Positions 29,625 through 37,010 of a DNA stretch of 37,010 nt are shown in pieces. Both the position numbers and the translations under genes were made by a program. The stretch is taken from positions 1 through 37,010 of the forward strand of contig JAFAFY010000427.1 of NCBI GenBank assembly GCA_023423235.1, written 5' to 3'. Source of the stretch: Pseudomonadota bacterium (lineage in GTDB: Bacteria; Pseudomonadota; Gammaproteobacteria; Xanthomonadales; Xanthomonadaceae). The stretch's first letter is position 1. Each line of letters starts with the position of its first letter. A model generated the notes under the pieces. The model saw only the letters and a program-made list of their open reading frames with translations, did no database searches and was not told the origin of the DNA.

Positions 29625-30371
29625 CTAGCCGGCGCCGACGGTCGCGCCATGCCAGCGCGAGAGGCCGGCCAGCACCAGGTCGCTGCACAGGGTGGCCGCG
29701 GGCAGATGCGGCAGCAACGGCGCCGCACCGCCGCCATGCAGCAACAGGGCCGGCACGGCGCCGAGCAGGCTCGCGGCGGCCGTCAGGCTGCGGTCGATCA
29801 GGCCAAGGGCGGCACCGTCGCAGCCCGACACCAGCGCATCGTCGGTATCACTGGCGAACTCGGCATAGACGCCGCCCACGGCAGGCAGGTGCGGGGCCCG
29901 CTGGTGCAGGACCTCGCGCATCAGCGTGGGCGACGGCGCAATGCGGCCGCCACGGTGCAGGCCGTCGCCATCGAGCAGGTCGATGGTCAGCGCGGTCCCG
30001 ACGCCGGCCAGCAGCACCGGCGTACCGGGCAGCCGGGCATGCGCGGCCAGCAGCGCGAGAAAACGATCCACGCCGAGCCGCGACGGTTCGGCATAGGCGA
30101 TGGTCACGCCGGCCAATGAACGGCGCGTGCCTGCCAGGCTGATGCGGCGACAGCGCATGGCCAGCGCCTCCAGCAGCGCCACGCGCAGCGCCGGCGAGGC
30201 GACGCTGGCGACCAGGGCGGCATCGAAACGCTGCGGCAGGCCGTCCAGCCAGTGCGGATCGAAACGACCACCGGCATGCGTGGCGCCGATGATCTCGCCG
30301 GGCCTGCCATCCGCGCCCAGCGCGGCGAACTTCAGCCGGGTATTGCCCAGGTCGAACAGCCAGGTCGTCAT
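29625..30371 (-). CDS. coaX: Type III pantothenate kinase
   Basis: WLFDLGNTRLK, LGVDRF, GTALTID, GGRIAP, HGGGA. Confidence 0.93.
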   Translation of the reverse strand: MTTWLFDLGNTRLKFAALGADGRPGEIIGATHAGGRFDPHWLDGLPQRFDAALVASVASPALRVALLEALAMRCRRISLAGTRRSLAGVTIAYAEPSRLGVDRFLALLAAHARLPGTPVLLAGVGTALTIDLLDGDGLHRGGRIAPSPTLMREVLHQRAPHLPAVGGVYAEFASDTDDALVSGCDGAALGLIDRSLTAAASLLGAVPALLLHGGGAAPLLPHLPAATLCSDLVLAGLSRWHGATVGAG

Positions 30372-31390
30372 CGGTCAATCCGCTGCGGGCGCACGCTGAC
30401 CTCGCCGGCATGGAAGTGCTGCACGCCGCTCGCCAGGCGCACGCGCAGCGCACCATCGCCGGCAATGCCGATCGCCTCGCCGACCACGTCGCCATTGCCA
30501 CCATGCACCGTGACCGCGCGTCCGGCCAGCACGTCGACCGCGGCGAAACGCGGCAGGAACGGCGCCAGGCCTTCACTGTCGAACGTCGCCAGCGCCTGCA
30601 GCCAGGCCTCGACCACCGCCGCCGCCAGGGCACTGCGCGTGAGCACCGCGCGCTGGCCCGACAGCGCCGCCAGGTCGCACCAGGGCTGGTCGATGGCGTT
30701 GGCCTCGCCCGCCGGCATGCGCACGTTGATGCCGATGCCCAGCACCGCGCGCGCCGGGCCGGCGTGCTCGCCGCCGCCCTCGACCAGCACGCCGCCCAGC
30801 TTGCGCAGCACGCGGCCGTCGTCGACCACCAGGTCGTTGGGCCATTTCAGGCCGACCGCATCGAAACCCAGCGCGTGCAAGGCCTCGACCGCGGCGATGC
30901 CGGCCACCAGGCTCAATCCACCGAGCCGCGCCAGCCCGCCATCGAAACCCCGCTGCAGCGACAGGTACAGATGCGCGGCCAGCGGCGAATGCCAGGGCCG
31001 CCCGCGGCGTCCGCGCCCGCCTGTCTGGCGCTCGGCCAGCAGCACCTGCGCGCGATCGCCCGGCATCGGCCGGCGCAGCAGTTCGGCATTGGTGGAGTCG
31101 ATGGTCCAGGCCACGTCCAGCGACTCCAGCCACGGCCGCGCCGCCGCGTCCAGCGCGTCCAGCGCGTCGAGTATCGCGTCCGCGTCGAGCAGGCTGACGG
31201 GCTGCTGCAGTGCATAGCCGATGCCGCGCACGGCGACGATCGGCACCCCGGCCTCGCGCAGCTGGCCGATACGCTTCCACACCGCGGCGCGGGTCTGCCC
31301 GGATTCGCGCGCCAGCACGTCGCCAGGCACCGGGCCGTCGATCAGCCGCTGCAGCAACGCGCGCTCGGGATGTCCGGGCGATGCGGTCAT
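30368..31390 (-). CDS. birA: Bifunctional biotin ligase/repressor
   Basis: N-terminal HTH (TRAAVWKRI), DSTN, QTGGRGRRGR, LKWPND, KLGGVLVE, AGEVS. Confidence 0.95.
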   Translation of the reverse strand: MTASPGHPERALLQRLIDGPVPGDVLARESGQTRAAVWKRIGQLREAGVPIVAVRGIGYALQQPVSLLDADAILDALDALDAAARPWLESLDVAWTIDSTNAELLRRPMPGDRAQVLLAERQTGGRGRRGRPWHSPLAAHLYLSLQRGFDGGLARLGGLSLVAGIAAVEALHALGFDAVGLKWPNDLVVDDGRVLRKLGGVLVEGGGEHAGPARAVLGIGINVRMPAGEANAIDQPWCDLAALSGQRAVLTRSALAAAVVEAWLQALATFDSEGLAPFLPRFAAVDVLAGRAVTVHGGNGDVVGEAIGIAGDGALRVRLASGVQHFHAGEVSVRPQRIDR

Positions 31391-31618
31391 GCCGGCGCCT
31401 GTCCGGTTGCGCCCGCAAGCCCCGCTGGCAGCTGGCGCACAGGCGCCGCCGGTGCGTGCCGGCAGACAGGCGAAGCGGAATGGGCAAGCCGGGGATCGGG
31501 GCGCGACATGCGGCGATTATCGGCGACCGCCAGCGCGCTGTCGCGGCGCATCATGGATGCCCTGCGCGGCCTGCTATAGTCGGCGGCGGTCCAGTACCCG
31601 TCCGCCCGGAGTGTCCCC

Positions 31619-31891
31619 ATGTCGATCCCGAAGTCGATCATGCCCGCATTCTGCGGCCTGCTGCTGGCCACGAGCCTGCCGGTCGACGCACGCGACGTGC
31701 GCCCCGCCGATCCCGATGGCAAGCCGCCGTGCCAGGTGGCTGCGCCCTCGGTCACGCCGGCCGATGCCGATGCCCAGGGCCCGGCCGCAGCAGCGGGCAG
31801 CGCCAAGCCGCGCGCCCCGGCAGTGCCCGAGGCCACCAGTGGGGTGCGCCCGCCGCGCTGGCACAGCTTCCTGCCGGGGATGTTCCGCTGA
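31619..31891 (+). CDS. Small secreted hypothetical protein
   Basis: TGCTATAGT promoter-like element, GGAG RBS, signal-like N-terminus, C-terminus PRWHSFLPGMFR. Confidence 0.75.
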   Translation: MSIPKSIMPAFCGLLLATSLPVDARDVRPADPDGKPPCQVAAPSVTPADADAQGPAAAAGSAKPRAPAVPEATSGVRPPRWHSFLPGMFR

Positions 31892-31985
31892 GGCGTGCTC
31901 TGCTGAGGCGTGCTCTGCTGAGGAGTGCTCCGCTGATTCATGCGCCGCTGAGAAGTGTTCCGCTGAGGGATGCGCCACCGATCGA
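31881..31985 (+). repeat. 15-bp tandem repeat, 6 clear units plus 1 degenerate unit
   Basis: TGTTCCGCTGAGGCG / TGCTCTGCTGAGGCG / TGCTCTGCTGAGGAG / TGCTCCGCTGATTCA / TGCGCCGCTGAGAAG / TGTTCCGCTGAGGGA / TGCGCCACCGATCGA. Confidence 0.9.
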
Positions 31986-32042
31986 TGGCCCGCTGTGCGC
32001 CGCCCTGCCGGGTACCGCCACGCTGCGTCAGGCGGGTCCGCC

Positions 32043-32837
32043 GTGCGTTCGCTGATCCGGCGCCTGTTTGCAGGCGCGCCGCCCATGCCCGATCCCGCCG
32101 CCTGGCAGGCGCTGCGCAAGCACCTGCCTTGGCTGCAACGGCTCGACGCGGATGGCGGCAACGGTCGTGATGCCAGACTGCAGGCGCTGACCGCGCGCTT
32201 CCTGCAGCAGAAGACCATCACCCCGGTCGGCGCGCTGGCGCTCGACGACGGCGACCGCCTGCTGCTGGTCGCGCTGTGCTGCCTGCCCCTGCTCGAGTTC
32301 GGCGAGGAAGGCCTGCATGGCTGGTCGCAGCTGATCGTCTATCCGCACGCATTCCGGGTGAACCGCACGCATGTCGATGCCGCGGGCGTGATGCACGAAT
32401 GGGACGACGAACTCATTGGCGAGGCCTGGGAGCATGGACCGCTGGTGCTGTCCTGGGCCGATGTGCAGGCCGACATCGCCGAACCCGATGCCGGCTTCTG
32501 CGTCGCGGTGCACGAGATGGCGCACAAGCTCGATGCCCTCGACGGCCTGCTGGACGGCACCCCGCCGCTGCCCCGCAACTGGCAGCAGGCCTGGGCGCGG
32601 GATTTCCAGCACGCCTACGACGGTTTCGTCGCCGAGGTGGACGCCGGTCAGGCGACGCTGATCGACCCCTATGCCGCCGAGGCACCGGAAGAATTCTTCG
32701 CGGTCTGCAGCGAGTACCACTTCAGTGCGCCGCAGTTGCTGGCCACCACTTTCCCTGCAGTGGCCGCGCACCTGGCGCGGTTCTACGGTCCCGCGCCGGC
32801 GCTTGCGAACGCGCGCCTGTCAGAAACCCGGCGGTAG
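32043..32837 (+). CDS. MtfA-like zinc-dependent peptidase (M90 family)
   Basis: GEAWEHGPLVLSW, VHEMAHKLD (HExxH), DPYAAEAPEEFFAVCSEYHF. GTG start inferred; 3' end overlaps the sensor kinase by 18 nt. Confidence 0.88.
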   Translation: MRSLIRRLFAGAPPMPDPAAWQALRKHLPWLQRLDADGGNGRDARLQALTARFLQQKTITPVGALALDDGDRLLLVALCCLPLLEFGEEGLHGWSQLIVYPHAFRVNRTHVDAAGVMHEWDDELIGEAWEHGPLVLSWADVQADIAEPDAGFCVAVHEMAHKLDALDGLLDGTPPLPRNWQQAWARDFQHAYDGFVAEVDAGQATLIDPYAAEAPEEFFAVCSEYHFSAPQLLATTFPAVAAHLARFYGPAPALANARLSETRR

Positions 32838-34238
32838 CCGTACCTCGAAGCGCGCACCGCCCAGCTCGGCCGAGCGCCCCACCTGCAGTTCGCCACGGTA
32901 GCTGTGGACGATGTCCTGCACGATCGACAGGCCGATGCCATGGCCCTGCACGCGCTCGTCGCCGCGCACGCCACGCTGCAGCACGTCGGCGATGCGATCG
33001 GCGGGAATGCCGGGACCATCGTCCTCGACCACCAGCATCAGGCCGGGGCGGCGGTTGGGCGCACGCTCGCCTTCCGTGACCGTCAGCAACACGCGCGACT
33101 TCGCCCACTTGAAGGCGTTCTCCAGCAGGTTGCCCAGCAGTTCCTGCAGGTCGCCGGGTTCGCCGTGGAAGCGCGCCGCGGCATCGATCTCGAACTCGCA
33201 GATCGTGCCCTTGGCCGCGTAGATCTTCTCCAGCCCGCGCACGATCTGCTCGGCATGCGGCTCGATCTCCACCGCTGCGGCGAACAGCTGGTGGCCGCTG
33301 GAGGCCGCGCGCGCCAGCTGGTAGGTCACCAGGTCGGTCATGCGCTGTAGCTGCGCCTCCACCTCCTCGCGCAGCTCGGCCTCGCCGGTGCCGGCGTCGA
33401 GCCGCGAGCGCAGTACCGCCAGCGGCGTCTTCAGGCTGTGCGCCAGGTCGGACATGGTGTTGCGCTGGCGGTTGAGGTGCTCGCGTTCGCTGTCGATCAG
33501 CGCGTTGATGCTCTCGGTCAGCGGCTGCAGCTCGCGCGGGTGCTGCATGCCCATGCGCTCGGCCTGGCCGCGCTGCACCCGCACCAGTTCGCTTTCCACC
33601 CGCCGCAGCGGCCACAGGCTCCAGCGCAGGATCAGGCCCTGCAGCAGCAGCAGGATCAGGCCGGCGATGCCCAGGTTGACCCACAGCGCGGCGCGGAACA
33701 CCCGCACCTGGCGCGGCACGGTGCCGGCATCCTCCATCACGTAGATGGTGTAGGCGAACTCCTCCTCGCTGCGCCCCTCCGGTGCCCACACCAGGCCCAG
33801 GCCATAGCGGTAGACCTCGCCGTGGGTGCCGTCGCTGCGCAGCATCGACAGCGGGCCTTCGAACTTCTCCTCGCGCGCGGCCAGCATCCCGGCGTCGGGC
33901 AGTTGCGGACCGGAGGCCGAGGGCGAACTCCAGTAGCCGTTGGGCAGCACCACCTCGGCGTACAGGCCGCTGCCCGGACGCAGGAAGCGGTCGTCGGGCG
34001 CGGACTCGGCGGTGTAGATCTCGCCACCGCGCAGGAAATCGATGTCGCCGGCGTAGGCGTAGACGTAGTTGCGCAGGCGGTCGCGCTGGCCTTCGCCGGC
34101 GACGTCGATGAAGGCACGGTCGAGCGCGTAGCCGGCAAGCGCGAGAAATGCCAGCAGGCCGATGCTGGCGGCGAGCAACTGGCGCGCCTGCAACGAGCGC
34201 GGACGCCAGTGCAGCTGCCGTCGTGTCTCACCTGCCAT
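32820..34238 (-). CDS. phoQ: PhoQ-like sensor histidine kinase
   Basis: Two TM segments, HAMP, DLAHSLKTPL, GNLLENAFKW, EDDGPGI, GHGIGL. Confidence 0.85.
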   Translation of the reverse strand: MAGETRRQLHWRPRSLQARQLLAASIGLLAFLALAGYALDRAFIDVAGEGQRDRLRNYVYAYAGDIDFLRGGEIYTAESAPDDRFLRPGSGLYAEVVLPNGYWSSPSASGPQLPDAGMLAAREEKFEGPLSMLRSDGTHGEVYRYGLGLVWAPEGRSEEEFAYTIYVMEDAGTVPRQVRVFRAALWVNLGIAGLILLLLQGLILRWSLWPLRRVESELVRVQRGQAERMGMQHPRELQPLTESINALIDSEREHLNRQRNTMSDLAHSLKTPLAVLRSRLDAGTGEAELREEVEAQLQRMTDLVTYQLARAASSGHQLFAAAVEIEPHAEQIVRGLEKIYAAKGTICEFEIDAAARFHGEPGDLQELLGNLLENAFKWAKSRVLLTVTEGERAPNRRPGLMLVVEDDGPGIPADRIADVLQRGVRGDERVQGHGIGLSIVQDIVHSYRGELQVGRSAELGGARFEVRLPPGF

Positions 34239-34358
34239 CGTTCACGCCCTGCTCCAGCCCTCTGCCGCGGATGCCGTCCAGCCTACACGCGCACGCAGGC
34301 GCATACCGCCTGCGCCCCGGCGACCGAAGTGGCCGGGACGGGGCGCGTCTGCGTTTGC

Positions 34359-35045
34359 TCAGCCTTCGGTATTGCGCGGGATGGCAAACCGGTAACCGCG
34401 CCCGCGCACGGTCTCGATCGGCTTGAGCGTGCCTTCCGGGTCGAGCTTCTTGCGCAGGCGGCCGATGAACACTTCCAGCACGTTCGAGTCGCGGTCGAAA
34501 TCCTGCTGGTAGATGTGCTCGGTCAGGTCGGCCTTCGAGACCAGCTCGCCGGCATGCATCATCAGGTACTCGAGCACCTTGTACTCGTAGCTGGTCAAGT
34601 CGACGTTCTTGCCGTCCACGCTGACAGTCTGCGCGGCCAGGTCCAGCATCACCGTGCCGCATTCCAGAGTGGGCTTGCTCCAGCCTGCGGCGCGGCGCAC
34701 CAGCGCGTTGATGCGCGCCAGCAGTTCCTCGACGTGGAAGGGCTTGACCAGATAGTCGTCGGCGCCCTGCTTCAGGCCATCGACCTTGTCCTGCCAGCTC
34801 GAACGTGCGGTGAGGATCAGCACCGGGAACTGCTTGCCTTCCTCGCGCAGGGCCTTGATCAGCTCCATGCCCGACATCTTGGGCAGGCCCAGGTCGATGA
34901 TGCCGACGTCGAACGGCACTTCGCGGCCCATGTACAGGCCTTCCTCGCCGTCCTGGGCGGCATCGACGGCGAAGCCTTCACGCTTCAGCCGGGCCGCGAG
35001 GGTTTCGCGCAGGGGGGCTTCGTCTTCGACGAGCAGGATACGCAT
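34359..35045 (-). CDS. phoP: PhoP-like OmpR-family response regulator
   Basis: MRILLVED, DLGLP, LTARSSWQDKVDGL, GADDYLVKPF, DSNVLEVFIGRLRKKL. Confidence 0.88.
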   Translation of the reverse strand: MRILLVEDEAPLRETLAARLKREGFAVDAAQDGEEGLYMGREVPFDVGIIDLGLPKMSGMELIKALREEGKQFPVLILTARSSWQDKVDGLKQGADDYLVKPFHVEELLARINALVRRAAGWSKPTLECGTVMLDLAAQTVSVDGKNVDLTSYEYKVLEYLMMHAGELVSKADLTEHIYQQDFDRDSNVLEVFIGRLRKKLDPEGTLKPIETVRGRGYRFAIPRNTEG

Positions 35046-35103
35046 GGGTCAACTCCGGTCGAGACGGCCGGATGGGCCGTGAATAGGGCGAAAGAATGCA
35101 GGA

Positions 35104-35463
35104 TCAATCGTCATCGCCGCGTGCACGCACCGGCCGCCCGCGCTGCTGCGGATCGTCGACGTACACCCGCACCCGGCCGCTGTCATCGAGCACCTTGATG
35201 CGGTTGAGGTCGCGCCCGTCGGAGTGCATGCGCTCGGCGCTGAGCACCCGCCCACGGGTCGTGCGCTCGATCCGGCGCACCGAATCGGACATCGAATCCT
35301 GGGAGCGGGCACGACGCTGCGGCATGGCCCCGGGATCGCCGCGGCGATCCAGCTCGGCGCGCGGATGCGGCGGGTCGTTGAACGCCCGCGCCGGCAACGC
35401 GATGCCGCCCGCAACGATGGCGGGCAGCAGGATCAACAGCAGACGGGGCACCGCAACGGACAC
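35104..35463 (-). CDS. Small secreted PepSY-like protein upstream of phoP
   Basis: GAGGAG 8 nt before GTG at 35463; signal peptide; GRVLSAER...NRIKVLDDSGRVRV. Confidence 0.72.
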   Translation of the reverse strand: MSVAVPRLLLILLPAIVAGGIALPARAFNDPPHPRAELDRRGDPGAMPQRRARSQDSMSDSVRRIERTTRGRVLSAERMHSDGRDLNRIKVLDDSGRVRVYVDDPQQRGRPVRARGDDD

Positions 35464-35530
35464 GCTGGCCGCTCCTCGTGGGGGACTGGATGGAACTGCA
35501 GACACTGCCCGGGATTCTTGGAGCGGCGCG

Positions 35531-35547
35531 GTGAATCCGTCCTTAAC
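35531..35547 (-). promoter_or_regulatory. Candidate PhoP-box-like direct repeat
   Basis: Minus strand GTTAAG-N5-ATTCAC upstream of the pepSY-phoP-phoQ unit. Confidence 0.35.
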
Positions 35548-35619
35548 TTTTTCTTCGCATTGCCAAACCCGTTCAGGTTCAACGGCTTGGCACAGGCGTT
35601 CCGGCGACCGGGTCCACGT

Positions 35620-36527
35620 TCAGTAGAGTTCCGCGACGCAGCAGCGCAGCGACCCGCCGGCCGCCTCGATCGCCGCCAGCGGCACGGTCTCGACGGCGAA
35701 TCCGGCCGTCCCCAGCCCCGCGCGCACCGCGTCCGGCAGCGCCGCGCCTGCCGCCGCGCTCATCCACACGCTGGCAGGCGTGAGGGCAATGGCGTTGGCG
35801 ACGAAGCCGTCCCGCGCGGCCGCGTCCAGGCGGAAACCGGCGGCACCGTAGAAGCCGGCGATGGCATCGCCGATGGCCGGGTCGGCGAAGCCCTGCGGGC
35901 ACACCAGCGCCGCACGCCCGGCGAGCACCGCCAGCACCACGTTGGTGTGGTACTCGCCAGGCGCCAGGTCGAACAGCAGGGTCGCGCGCAGGCCGAAGGC
36001 CTCGTGCATCAGTTGTGCACCGGCCGCGTCGCAGCGCTCCGACAGACCGCAGAAGCCCAGCCCGCGGGCGCGGTCGATGACCAGTGCGCCGGTCAGCTCG
36101 CAGGGATGCGGCTGGGTCGACAGGTCGATCTCGCGGTAGCGCAGGACATCGCGCAGGAAGCCGCGGATGTCGGCCCGCAATGCCTCGGCCTGGCGTACGG
36201 GGTGGCGCATGCGGCCGATGATCGCGCGTCCGTCGACGGTGCCGAACACGTTGTTGGGGAAGACGGCATCGGGCGTGGCCGGATCGCCGGCAAAGCACAG
36301 CGTGGGCAGGGCAGTCGACATCCGCCGCTGCAGCGCGCGGTGCTCGGCCAGCGCCAGGGCGGGATCGAAGGCCGCGGCCGCGGCCATGTAGCGGTTGTCG
36401 CGCGCGGATTCCTCGGCGCGGCCGAAGCCCTCGGGCGCCACCAGGAAGGCGGCGCGTGCGGTTGCCGGGCCGAAATCGGCCGGGATGGCCTGCGCTGCGG
36501 CGAAGAACGCGCCGGCGTCGCGGGTGA

Positions 36528-36531
<4 letters not shown>
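35620..36531 (-). CDS. Amidinotransferase / arginine deiminase-related (pentein) protein
   Basis: TPDAVFPNN, ELTGALVIDR, YHTNVVL, IEAAGGSLRCCVAE; ATGA overlap with dusA. Confidence 0.88.

Positions 36532-37010
<479 letters not shown>

Noticed and set aside
31881..31985. 15-bp array as a CRISPR array
   Set aside because: Units are contiguous with only 3-4 variable nt, there are no spacer-length unique sequences, and no cas genes are nearby.

Overview
High-GC window that looks like Xanthomonadaceae (Lysobacter/Luteimonas-like, inferred from gene content and order). Most of it is core genome: aromatic and amino-acid catabolism (hmgA, hppD, MarR regulator, POT and AbgT transporters, kynA, a 2-oxoacid dehydrogenase E1a/E1b/SH3/E2 operon, arginase, an amidinotransferase), an ExeM/NucH-like secreted nuclease, trpS, csbD, entericidin, tRNA-Thr(UGU), SPOR-coaX-birA, an MtfA-like peptidase, a PhoP/PhoQ-like system and the 3' part of dusA. 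The main unusual element is a ~4.5 kb, more AT-rich accessory islet (about 3650-8140) between marR and the POT transporter. It carries a stand-alone VgrG C-terminal-like fragment, a signal-less zinc Amidase_3 candidate toxin, two tandem lipoprotein candidate immunity paralogues separated by a relic of an older amidase allele, and a divergently oriented gene resembling a Thr1 proteasome-beta-type Ntn hydrolase. Three islet genes each lack one base. Other notable signals are a palindromic repeat translated inside the E2 linker, a 15-bp tandem array built from start-x-x-stop units, and several apparently leaderless genes. All calls come from reading motifs by eye; no searches were run.
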